A stretch of 64,000 nt of DNA from Callorhinchus milii (GCF_018977255.1 NW_024704743.1:109184001-109248000); one strand, 5' to 3'; positions 12,216 through 24,137 are shown, counted from the stretch's first letter. Translations and numbers: made by a program. Notes: a model not told the origin generated them from the sequence alone.

Positions 12216-12811
12216 AGGGGACCCTTGCTCAACATTTCTGCCTGCTGGGAATAGAACCCAGGTCCTCTCACTTACGAGGCAAGCGCTCTAACCATTAAGC
12301 AACAGGATTCCACAATATTCCGATTCTACTACATTTAATTCTTAACCATGGGGCTCCGGTTTGCGGGTTGGCTTAACAACCCATGCGTAAAATTTGTGGG
12401 TTGGGATAACCATGTGCAAACATATACAGATGTTCTTAATTATCTGACTGACAGGCACTATAAAGGGTTGTAACATCACCAGTGATTAATTTCAGTAGCT
12501 GAGAATTGTATAATTAAGAACATCTGTTATTCCATCATAACCAATGAAGCACACTGTAAAAATGCAAGTTGTTGTTGTTTTGTTGTCTATTCTCATTTGC
12601 ACGTGGTCAAACACACCCTCGAATGCTGAACATAAATTGTTAACTCAACCTTCAAATTAGAGAGTGCCAATATTTACACATAACACAAGTTATTTTCTTT
12701 GAATGCTTTGTCTCAGTACACTAATATGTTTCTTGGTTTGATGCATTGTCTCAAACAGAAAATAAATGCTTTGAAGTATTATTGGTTATTACCTTTCCCC
12801 ATTGACCCAAC

Positions 12812-12871
12812 CTGAAGTTTTGAAAAAGATGTAAGAAACATTGCAAAGCCAAATCAGTTGGTTCCTTTAAT
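12812..12871 (-). CDS. Candidate 60-nt exon, duplicate copy B (LKEPTDLALQCFLHLFQNF)
   Basis: Same acceptor context as copy A, cag|gttggg donor, open frame, phase 2/2. Confidence 0.45.
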
Positions 12872-13050
12872 CTTCATTCCAATGAAAAGTAGGTCATCAA
12901 ATGTCATTACAGCTGTCTTAATCTTAATATCAAATTATGAATGACTAATTTGAAACATACTCGGTAGATACCAAAAAACTATTTACTTTTGTACAAAGTA
13001 AGAAGGTACAGAATGTTTAAAGATCTTCCTACTCATTAATATTCACTTAC

Positions 13051-13172
13051 ATTATTAATAAACTATGCAAATTATTTTTCATTATATCTTCACAGATGTT
13101 TTTTGTGCTCCACTTCTTCAGCCAAGAAGGCAAAAGTAGTTGAGGCCAGGAGAGCATTTCTTGGTAGCCATT
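13051..13172 (-). CDS. Candidate exon (NGYQEMLSWPQLLLPSWLKKWSTKNICEDIMKNNLHSLLI)
   Basis: Acceptor acattttcag|, consensus donor at|gtaagt; phase-2 end joins 12871 in frame. Confidence 0.3.
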
Positions 13173-15452
13173 CTGAAAATGTCCTTGGTTATCCTGAACC
13201 TCTGCCCTCCTGTTCTGATGATAGTGAAGCTCCCTAGGGAGACAGTTCAAGCACGAAGTGTTGATTCCTTCAAACACAGATTAGATAGTTTTCTTTTAGG
13301 AAATAACATTTTGGGATGTAGTACATCGGTAATCGGGACACATGCGTGCGACAGTCAGAAAGGTGGAAGGCAAACTAGATGGGCCTTTGTCCTTTTTTGG
13401 TCTAGCATTTCTTATGTTATATGTTCTTGTGATATTCTTGGTTTCCCTAATCTATTTTTGTAGCTTTTTTAGTGGAGTATTATACTCAGCCCTTTCTCCC
13501 TTCAAGCTTTGCAAATACTTTTTTTTGTTAACCTCCCTTTTTATTCTCCCATTGATCATTTTGGAGCATTTTGATTTAATTTGGCCTGTCGCAATTGAAC
13601 ATGTGCTTGTCCTGCATAATGTTTCTGAAGAACATTCATTTATCCTCATGTGATTTTTTCTTCAGTCGTGCCTCCCAGTCTATGTCACATACAACAACAA
13701 GAAAATTACATTTGCATAGCACCTTTCATGTCGGGAGGACGTCCCAAGGTGCTGGACATAATTCAGCTCTCATACCCCTAATGTATGAAGGTGCATTCTA
13801 TTGCCATAACAATACAGGATTTGTACAACACTCTCAATGGCATAACAGATTGTATGCAGAGGATAGAACTAGTGCACTGCAAAGAGAAAGTAACTGTGGC
13901 GACTCCTCAAACTTCTAAATCAATCTGCTCACTCCTCTTCAGCAGGACAGTGCTAACATGAAATACTATTGCATACTAATACTATTACTATACCATTGGG
14001 GGAAGAGAAGAGGAAGAAGTATATTTTAAGATTCTGCACTTATTTATGCCAAAAAATACACAGCAAGTGCAATTTGTGGCTCTCTCAAATAAAATGGAAT
14101 TCTACCTGATGTGTTTAACATAGGTTGGTGGATTTGTCGATATGTTTTAGTTTGCTTTACCTGTACGTTTCACCCATGCTTCTGTGCTGAAGTTGTGCTG
14201 GCTCTGCACAGGCCATGGCACAGCACTGCTCAGCATTACTCATTACTCAGCAGCACTTACCAATGTTAACTGGAATGAGTTCTGCCAGTTGTGAATGGAG
14301 CCACCAGGTGGTGCAGTGCACCAGAACCTGGCACTGCCCACTTTGCCACTTGAAGTTTGCCTGTTGTTGCCGGTGTGTTGATTGTCATGGTGCACATCAG
14401 GCTCATGAAACATTTTTTTCTTCACAATGTTCAAGTGATACTGGGGGAAGGTTGCCAGTCATGAACAACACCCAAATTACCTGCGTAGATTTTGTTTTAG
14501 AAATATTCAACAATACTACAGCATATTGCACATATATTATATTTAAATGCATTTAGATGTCAAAATACGTACAACATATTCTGAGCTGTGACGTTTATTA
14601 GAAGTTATACATCTCTTCAAATGTATTTCTGTCCACTTTCAGTAAAATGATTATTTTCCTAGGTTGACATACCAGAAATGAAACTTTTATGCATACATAT
14701 ATCAAACTTTTATCTTGTTTATCAAGCAACCATGCATACTGATCTATACAGATGGATAGTCAAAGTATACCTAGAACAACAAATACAGCAAGACAGAGGA
14801 AAAAGAAGTTTCAGAGTTGTGCACAGCAATTTTTGGACAGATGACAGGAAGTATTTCTTTATACTAGAAAGTAATTAACAGCTTGAGGAGGAAGATGGTT
14901 GGGGCCAGGATGCCTGACTGATTTGAGATCTAGCTTGATGGTGAAATGGGTCGACGGTTAGATGGGTGTTCTGGAAGGTTCAGATCATGTAGATTGAAGG
15001 AGCCTCTCCATACATAACTCTCATATCATCCTGTGATATAGCTGGTGTATAAACCTGACCTATTAGCAAAACACAACATGATCCCAGTGAATGATAATGC
15101 TTTTATCTTTGGAAACTGAGTTTAGCCACCCATTTGGGTTTGAATTCTCCTCTCCATGCTGCCTGTTCACAATCAGTTTATAGAGTATCAATTCAGGTCC
15201 TATTAGGTACAGAATCAAAGCAGAAAATTGATGCAAGTGCTAGCAGAACTGAATATGCAGAGAGAATTTATACAGCAGAGAGAATTATCTACAGCAGTTA
15301 GGGCTGGCTCTATAGCAGATAAGCAAACAGTGCAGATAATTGGATATAACACAAAATATAAATTAGCTAAAGTGCTAACCAAAAGTTTGTACCATCAGGA
15401 GTTATAATGTCACTGTAGTAAACCCTGTTTTAGCTTTAGTTATCTTTGCCAT

Positions 15453-15562
15453 TCTCTCTCTCTCTCTCTGCCTCTGTCTTTCTCTCTCTCTCTCTCTCTG
15501 TATGCCTTTCTCTATTTATTTCACTTTGCCTTTCTCTCTCTCTTTCTCTCTTTCTTTCTCTC
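15453..15562. repeat. (CT)n-rich microsatellite
   Basis: Interrupted ctctct runs. Confidence 0.9.
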
Positions 15563-16185
15563 AAAGTTCTAACTTTCTAGCTCTGTTCCTCTTACTTTTG
15601 AGCTCCAAAGATAATCCTATTGTGTGCAATCCAATGTGTATAGAACTATAGAATCAGAGAAATTGATGGCACAGAAGAAGCCCATTTGGCCCATTGTGTT
15701 TGTGCTGGAATCAGATTGCATCAAAGCATATTTCTGTCATGGGAAACATGCTCTGAGAGGTAACTTTCATTATTGAAAGAAGTCCATATTTGGACGACTC
15801 AGATTCCTCATTGAGAAATCTTGTTGAGAAATACTGTAAATCAGATCTCAGTATCCTTACATTGAAGTGAGCCTTTGATAGTTGCATTCGAGAATTTTAA
15901 CCTGGAGAATCTGTAGAGATTTGTAGAGAAATATCCAGGGAAGATGATGTTTGCTGATTGTCGGCATTCACTTCACCACAAGACTTCTCTTATACTGTTA
16001 CACAGTTATAATGAAACGTTTATAAGCATCGCTTAAGGCATTGGAAAAATTGAGGGAGCATCATGTCAGTAATTTACTACACAAACCGCACAGTACATTT
16101 CCTGTGAGACTAGCTAGCACTCTGTGTTCCTGTGTAATATCTCTGGTGTTTATAAAAACTTAAAAATTGAGAAGTTTTGATGATT

Positions 16186-17187
16186 AGCTCTGGGTGACAT
16201 CATCCACAGACATGGGTTCAACTTCCACATGTATGCAGATGACACCCAACTCTACCTCTCTGCCTCGACCCTTGACTCCAGGACCACTGCTGTGCTGACA
16301 GAATGTCTGTCGGACATCAAGTCCTGGATGAGAGCTAACTTTCTTCAGTTGAACGTCAACAAAACCGAGACTCTCCTGATCGGTTCCCATCAGCGCCTCC
16401 TCACCTCAGGTGCTGACAGCATCACCATCCATGGTTACACACTCCACCTTACTAAGCCAGTCCGGAACCTTGGGGTCTTGTTTGACCCTCAACTATCTTT
16501 TCTACCCCACATCTGTGCCTTGACCCGCTCTGCCTTCCCCCACCTTCGCAACATTGCCCGGCTCTGCCACTGTCTCACACCGCAGGGCGCCGAACCCTCA
16601 TACACACTTTCATTACATCGAGGCTTGACTATGCAAACTCATTGCTTGTCAGCCTCCCCAACTCCTCCCTCCATAGGCTGCAGATGATTAAGAACTCTGC
16701 AGCCCATGTCCTCTCCCACACTAGGCTCCACGACCCTATTACCCCCATCCTTGCCCAACTCCAGTGGCTTCCCATCACACAGAGGATACAGTTCAAGATC
16801 CTGGTCCTCAACTTCAAAGACTTCCATGGTCTTGCTCCCCCCTACGACTGCGACCTCCTAACCCCCTACCATCCTTCTTGCTCTCTCCGTCAGTGGGCTT
16901 TGGCCTGCTTCACGTCTCCACCTTCTGTCACTCTGCCCCCATCCTCTGGAACTCCATCCCGCAGTCCTTCCATCGCACCCGCTCCCTTGCCACTTTCAAG
17001 ACCCATCTCAAGACCCTCCTCTTCAACCAGCTTTCAATCTCCCTGCATCCCCCCCTGCCCTCCACCCTCCCCGACCCCAACTCCCAGCTCAGGTCCGGAA
17101 CTCTGTCTGTCCAGCACCTTGGGATGTCCTTTCGATGTGAAAGGCACTTCACAAGTGTAATTTTGTTGTTGGTGTTGTTGTTGTTGG
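16186..17187 (+). mobile_element. L2 LINE fragment including the RT catalytic motif
   Basis: MYADDTQLYL...WMRANFLQLNVNKTE; frameshifted; (ttg)n tail. Confidence 0.92.
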
Positions 17188-17314
17188 TTGATTACATGTA
17201 GTGCATTTTATGCTTGATTCTTCAGTTGCCTGCAACTGTAACATTGAGTTCAAGGGGCTTTCCATCAGGCTAATATCTCAATTAGTTATTTTTCTGTTTT
17301 GTATTAAGTTGAAT

Positions 17315-17796
17315 AACAACAACAACAATAAGATTACATTTGTATAGCGCCTTTCACGTCAGGAGGAGGTCCCAAGGCGCTGGACAGTGTACAGCATTTC
17401 AGACCTGAGCTGAACCGATGGCATGGTCGAAGAGGAGGGTTTTGAGGCGGGACTTGAAGGAGGCTAAGGAGGGGGCGAGGCGGAGTGATTGGGGGATGGA
17501 ATTCCAGAGGTTGGGGGCAGAGTGGCTGAAGGTTCTCCTGCCAATGGTGGGTCGGGGGACGTGGAGCAGGCCGGAGGCAGCTGAGCAGAGGGAGCGGGCA
17601 GGTTGGTAGGGAGTTAGGAGGTCACAGAGGTAGGGCGGGGTGAAGTCATTGAGGGCTTTGTAGGTGAGGCCCAAGATCTTAAACTGTATCCTCTGAAGGA
17701 TAGGGAGTCAGTGGAGTCGGGTGAGAATGGGGAAGATGGGGTCACGGAGTTTGGTGCAGGAGAGGACACGGGCTGCAGAGTTCTGGATTATCTGCA
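17315..17796 (-). mobile_element. L2 LINE 3' fragment, tail-to-tail with the previous copy
   Basis: LTYKALNDFTPPYLCDLL...LWNSIP peptide; (caa)n tail. Confidence 0.9.
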
Positions 17797-17851
17797 ATAA
17801 AGATACAAAAATAGCACCATTAAGTGAATAAAAAGCACAGATCCTTCATTT

Positions 17852-18172
17852 GTGGAGTCCTGTAGCTCAGTGGTTAGAGCACTCGCTTTGCAAACGAGAG
17901 ACCTGAGTTCAATTCCAGGCAGGGCGAAACCTTGGGCAAGTTTCCTTACTCCATACGCCTAATAATAATCCCTCCAAAACCAAAAACAATAATAAATTGG
18001 TCATTTTCAATCTACGGCTGTTTGTGGGACATTGCTGTGCGCAATTGGCTGCCGCATTCGCCCACAAATTTACAGTCAATTCACTTTACAGTGTGTTCTG
18101 TGAAGCGCTTTGGGACGTCCTCCCGACGTGAAAAGCGCTATATCAAATGCAAGGATTATTATTATTATTATT
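17852..18172 (+). mobile_element. Full-length young tRNA-Ala-derived SINE (short form) with Deu-like domain and L2 tail
   Basis: Pol III A box tagctcagtgg, B box gagttcaattcc, tRNA-like head (TGC anticodon loop), gctgtttgtgggacattgctgtgcgcaattggctgccgc core, L2-like tail, (tta)n. Confidence 0.9.
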
Positions 18173-19934
18173 TTGCAGTTTATCCTGTGAGGATCTTCAA
18201 GATATCTTCCTGACCTGATGATTAAATGCAAAGATTATTCTTGTTATTAAACATGCTTGCTATTTCTTAGTAATTAGCTGGGATTCCCACTTGATCAATT
18301 TGCAATTACATCCCAATCACTCAGTGCAGATGATGTGATTGATCAATTCACAGAGTGATCAATGTTTTCAACATGATATCATCTGATCCACACAAATCTA
18401 AAAAACTAAGTGAAATAAACTGTCCCAAAAACAATTGATATAAGGTTTATTGTGGATCTCGGTTGATGTTATAACCTACTTGATCTGTGCTCTCATTAGA
18501 TCTCAGATTTTATCTGAACCTTTAGAATGAAGATAATTTTTCTCACACCTTTATCAAGTCAAAATGTCGCATAGAGCTTCACAGGTAATTACTGTCAAGT
18601 GTCGTAACTGCTATATTGGGCAGGGATTTGCACCACCAAGGTACCAAAACAGTCATGAGGATTATTGATCAATTAGTCTGAAGGATTGTTGACTAGATCA
18701 CGGGGAGAATCTCCTTTAACGTCCACCTGAAGATTTGGCAGTCTCTTTCTAGAAGATGGCACTACCAACAATACAGTGCTCATTCATCAGTAACCTAGAG
18801 TATCATCTTATACAACAACAATTTGGATTTATATAGCACCCTCCATGCCGGACAGCATCTCAGAGCACTTCAAGACAACAGTATTTGTACTACAGTATAA
18901 GCTTCAATTTTGATGTTGGATTTGAACCAACAAACTTCTAATACAGAAGCAAAAGTGCTGACGATTAGGGTTAACTGGGCCAATCGGAGAGAAATTATTC
19001 CATTCTGGGTGAGGTAGCCCTGTTAAAATTTAAAGTTTCTGCAACCTTTATATTGTCCTCCCGACATGAAAGGCACTAGCACTTCACTGAATATACTGCA
19101 TATTTGAAGGCGAAAGCGACAACCCATTAGCTCACTTTAATGTCCCACAAACATGAAATGAATGACCAATTTTGTTTAGAGGGTGTTGTAGACCAGGAAA
19201 GCAGAAGAAACTCTCTTCACATTTGAAAGTGCCATGGCACCTTTAACATCCACTTGAACAGACAAATGTGACTTTGGTTTAAACGTCTCACCCAAAGGAT
19301 GGCACCTCCAACAATGCAGGCCACTCCCTGAACTGTTCTGGAATGTCAGCCTAGAATATGTTGGCTTAAAGTCTCAATGTGGGGCTTCTCAGTTCGAGGC
19401 GAGAGTGCTGAGCCAGGTTGACACACAATCAATTACCGAGAACAGAAGGGTGAGCAGCATTATGATCAAGCTTTCTCAATGGAGACATTGTGGATCCATC
19501 ACACATCAATCGCTATAAATAGATATCTTCTTATTACACATTTTAAAAAGGATTTCCTAAAGCAATGGAATGATAAACCCTACTGAGTTCATCTTCTGGG
19601 AATTCTAAATACATCACCCTGTTTCTTTGCTCTCTGACCGGTGATGAATCAGTCAGGCCTTTCGAATCAGTGTCTGTCAGATCAGTAGTTAACCACTCCA
19701 CAGAGATTGGTGTTGGCAGCAAACAGAATAACATCACTTTTGATGGCATCCACCAGTTTGTAATGAAGATAAAGTGAAGCCCGGCACTGACACAACAGGT
19801 TCCTGAATATGTGCTATAAAAAAGTGATGGTATACCATATGCAGTTCGTTACCTTACCAGGTGTAATAGAGAAGCTTCCAATGAGGCTGCATTTTACCAT
19901 AGAAAGACTCTGAAAATGTCAAGCTCTATTGCTT

Positions 19935-20330
19935 GGGGTTTAGTCCTGTAGCATATTGGTTAGAGCACTCGCCTCACAAACAAGAGAACCTGTGTTTGAT
20001 TCCTGGGCAGGGAGAAATGTTAGGCATTAAGTTTCCACACCCCTGTTTACCTAGCAGTAAGTAGGAACCCAGTTGTTAGTCGATCGGTGGATCGCTTTCC
20101 TGGGGGTAATAATCCCTTAAAAAATATATATATTTTTAAAAAATAATGATTTGTCACTCAGTCCATGACTGTTTGTGGAACACTGCTATGCGCGTTTCAG
20201 GCACAAACTATATAATGAATAAATGGCACCACAATGACTGGGCTCACTTGACAGTATATTCTGCAAAGTGCTTTGAGATGTCTCGAAAATGTGATAAGGG
20301 GCTATATCAAATACAAGTATTATTATTATT
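19935..20330 (+). mobile_element. Long-form SINE with an extra internal segment
   Basis: Same tRNA head plus ctgtttacctagcagtaagtaggaacccagttgttagtcgat segment; also at 3345-3662(+), 26338-26704(-), 32463-32796(-), 36562-36935(-). Confidence 0.8.
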
Positions 20331-20704
20331 CTACTGGTCAAAGAATTGCTCCATATCTGGATGAAGATATATTGAGGGGATCACAAGCGCGATGATTGGT
20401 TCCAAACCAATACTGGTGTTCACACAGCAGACTGTTGAGATTCGGATGTTGCAGCAATGAGCCTTGTTGGCCAAATGGGCGTACTGCATGCTCTGTCTGC
20501 TGTGCACAATTGACTAATAATAATAATCCTTGCCTTTGATATAGTGCTTTTCACGTCTTCTAGACATCTCAAAGTGCTTCACAGAATAGACTGTAAAGTG
20601 AATTGACTATATATTTGTGGGCGAAATGCGGCAGCCAATTGCGCACAGCAATGTCCCACAAACAGTCGTGGATTGAAATGACCAATTTATTATTTTTTTA
20701 AAAT

Positions 20705-20985
20705 GTCAAGGCCGTGTGTGATGATGAGGTCGAGGGAGTGGCCACGGTTGCGAGTCGGCGAGTTGATGTGGAGGAGAGGAGGGCAGTAAAATCCAAGGAG
20801 GTGGTGCAAGGAGAGTTTAAGTGCAGGTTGAAATCACCCATTATGAGCAGGTATTCAGTGCAGAGGGACAGGGATGAGAGAGAGGCGATATCGGTGAGGA
20901 AGGAGCCAGGAGGTTTGGTGGGTGTGGTAAACTAGGAAGATTTTGAGGGAAAGAGAGGAGTGATGGTAGAGGGTGAGGTGCTCAA
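20705..20985 (-). mobile_element. L2 APE-endonuclease fragment
   Basis: Minus-strand translation gives LLIMGDFNLHLN and RNRGHSLDLIITHGL, typical APE motifs of L2/CR1 ORF2. Confidence 0.75.
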
Positions 20986-21304
20986 AGGATAAATATATAT
21001 TTACATAATAATAATATATAATAAGGTCTATAAGGCGCTACATCAAATGGAAGGATTATTATTATTACTTTTCCATTTGATTCATCTAGTCTATGCTGGT
21101 GCCAGCTCCTGTACTGGAGCAAACTACTCTCATACCAATTCCCTCCTCTTTCCTGCACCTTTTTTCCTTTTGAACAGTATGAAATATTAAATCTATTCCC
21201 TTTTAAATGTGTGGGTCTCAGCAACAGGGGATACTACTCTGTGGCGGTAGCATGTGATGCTGATGCCTTCTTGTGAAAAGTATATCTGCTGCTTTGCAGT
21301 TCGA

Positions 21305-21712
21305 AATATTCTCGCCTCTGAGTCAGAAGGTTGTTGGTTCAAGCCCCAAGTCAGGATTTGGAACACATATAATCTATGCTGACACTCCTATGCAGTCCTG
21401 TGGGTGCGTTGCATTGTTGGAGGTGCCATCCTTTGGATGAAACATTAAGCTGAGGTCCTCTATGCCTATTCAGGTGGACGTTAAAGATCCCATAGTATGA
21501 TTTGGAAAGAGGAGGAAGTTTCTCCCAGTGTTCTGGCCAATACTTCCCAAGATAAAATTGGTCATTCACTTCATGGCTGTTTGTGGGACATTGCTACGCG
21601 CAAATTCACCTACAAAATTCACAGTCACTGAACTGTATAGTAAATCCTATGAAACACTTTGAGACGTCCTCCCAATATGAAAGATGTTATATCAAATGCA
21701 AGGATTTGTTAT
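21305..21712 (+). mobile_element. Older Deu-domain SINE (SacSINE1-like)
   Basis: ctcgcctctgagtcagaaggttgttggttcaagcccc head, caggtggacgttaaagatcccat middle, Deu core and L2-like tail; other copies at about 4800-5100(+), 19040-19420(-), 41831-42240(+), 42555-42812(-), 44835-45445(+), 50260-50580(+), 59563-59930(+), 61404-61745(+). Family name is from recalled consensus. Confidence 0.75.
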
Positions 21713-22299
21713 TTCATTGTTATTTCAGTGTCTGTTAACTGAATCACTTCAGCATTTTGGATTGATCATCAATTAAGTACTTGGTTGATATCAACATACC
21801 ATGTTAGCATACCTTCTAATTGGCACTTCTTGGACACTGGAGGATGTAGTGAGCTTATGGTAACCAAGGTTTTACCCAATGGCTAAGAGCTTAATTACTT
21901 CAAAAAGCTAAATTATACAAAAAAACTAATTTACATTGAAAGTTTTCACTGAAAGTATATTTTTCCTTTTAATTTACAATTTTAACTAGTTTTAAAGTAT
22001 GTCAAGTAATTGGTAAGGATAAAAATAATAATACTCCTTGCACCTCTTATAACAACTTATCACGTTGTTGAATGTCTCAAATTATTTCACAGCTTATACT
22101 GTAAAGTGCAATGATGGTGAGTTTGTAGGCAAACGCAGCAGACAATTTGGGCACAGCAACATCCCACAAACAGTCATGACGTGAATACACTGCTGAATAA
22201 CTTCCTTTGCAACAATCCATGACCGATGTTTAAGTGCATCTTCAGGAGGACACAGTGGAATATTCATTTCCAGTTAAATCACTAACAAATTGCCCAAAA

Positions 22300-23530
22300 C
22301 AGTTTTACATAATAAGAACATGCTATTTTATCAGCCAAGTATCGAAGAGTTCTCTAACACAGGGACAATGTAAAGAATGTTAGCAAACACAATATTATTT
22401 GAATAACTCTTTGCTGAAACATCGATAGCAATATATCCCTATGACGATCCTTGAATCAATGAACATGACAAAAGTGTGACGATGAATCAGAGGATATGAG
22501 TGATTTAATTTATTGCATCTGCTTTCCGACTGACTCACATGCTAAAAGCAGACTGAGGTGAAATTACTGAAGATCTGCTAATGTACAGCCACTGACTCAA
22601 AATCAATTAACCATTGCTGTCATTTCTTTGGAGCTTTCCACAATTCATTTGACTCCACCAGTTTACTTCATCGTATATTGATACGGTCTCAAAAATTAAG
22701 ATTAATTTTGTAATGCCTAGCAGACAGGGTTCTTTTGTATTACTCCTCTTTAGCTAAGTGGTTGGATTTTGTTTTAAACAATATAAATTTATTTTCCTAT
22801 TATAAAGGATATCAAGATTTTTTTTAACCTGAGGAAATATATCTGAAATAAATCAAATAGTTTATGCTTCGTATCATAAATTGAGGAATGCCAAATAGAA
22901 GAGCTTTAAAGGTCACACTGTCAAGAAACATCAGCTATGGAGGGTGAGAGTCTTATAATGACACAACTGATAGCTCATTGATCAATGGTACTGGTTTTAT
23001 GTTAGTTGGACCATTTATTTAGAAGTCTATTGGGGAATTAACAGTCAATCCCAATTCAGAGCCTCAGGAATTAATATTCCAGGATCTTTCAAATCTGAAA
23101 GGATGCTTGCAAAACCTCATCAGATCTTGATTGTTTGTAGAAGAATAGAGTTTGGTGAAATATTTTTCCATCTGTCTTTTCTCATTATTGGGGAACAGAG
23201 TTTCATACTCTCTGAAACTCGGAGCTCGATGTTACCTCAGCAGTAAGAACATACTATTTTATCAGCCAAGTATCTAAGAGTTTCTAGCACAGGGAAGACT
23301 TGAGAAATTCTTCTTCAAATTACCAACATTAAAATCCAGGGAACTGATGCATGAATTCCCAAGGTTAATCTCCCATAGCTTTCAAACATGAAATATAAAT
23401 AGTTGTAACCACAGAATTTCCTTTTTGCGTCAAAGCAGAGTAATGAAATTGCTAACTTTGTTAGGAGAAATCTTGTTTACCATCACCTCCAGCCATTGAC
23501 TATAGAGAATAGAATTTGGTGAAATATTTC
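22300..23530 (+). mobile_element. Possible heavily decayed hAT transposase remnant
   Basis: Broken frames give DESEDMSD, TTDSS and LFYQP...STGK..KFF, in the order of the hAT DES-D-SD, TTDGA and LLYH..VRWLSRG motifs. Confidence 0.3.
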
Positions 23531-24137
23531 ACTCTTAAGAAATGTTGATAAGATGTCCTCAGGCTTGCGGGCTGACTATGTCATGCTGATCACTTTGCCT
23601 CGGTGTGAGCCAAAAGGCTGCCTCCCCAACCTGAGCCACCCGCTTCCAAAATCCCCCACTTACACTACCCACCCATCGCTACTCCCATTCAATCCTTGGT
23701 CTCCTGTCTACCGTACTGAACGCAGACTTGTTCGGATTATTTAAAAAGGAACAGTTTCCTTATTCAACGGAGCAAAATGAAACAAGAGCGATGATCAGTG
23801 TGAATCCTGAATGTAGAATTAAATGGTGGAGATGGGTTGAGTAACATTTTTTTTGTTGTTTCTTATCAGGTTACCTACATTATCAAGTTTTATACAAAGA
23901 AGATAGAAGATAGAAATGGCAACACAACAATCTAATGGGCAGTCTTAGTTTGTCCCAATTGCATTCACTCTCTAACATTCATACTTGGAGTACTTCTGAA
24001 AAATAAAGGAAGAGATCTAGTGATTTATTTTGTTAGTTGGAAAAAGATTAAAGGTTAAAGGTTTCACAGTTCAGCAGCTTGAGTAAGGTGACATTGAGCA
24101 CCGCTGCGTTAAGACAAAAGAGCGAGATTTGAAACTT

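Noticed and set aside
14161..14480. Exon ending at the consensus donor ttg|gtaagt (14261)
   Set aside because: The phase fits the 13172 acceptor, but I found no convincing in-frame acceptor; left out of the gene model
17852..17925. tRNA-Ala gene
   Set aside because: It continues into the SINE body and lacks a proper acceptor stem and oligo-T terminator; it is a SINE head, as are the other copies
17932..18213. Recurrent ORFs of the type MGKFPYS...[12 protein letters not shown] as a small-protein gene family
   Set aside because: These are translations of SINE copies, and the poly-Tyr is the (TTA)n tail
19543..19815. Host exon on the minus strand
   Set aside because: The peptides VMYLEFPED and VILFAANTNLCGVVN resemble decayed CR1 RT motifs (YLDFQKAFD, FADDTKL), with stops in frame
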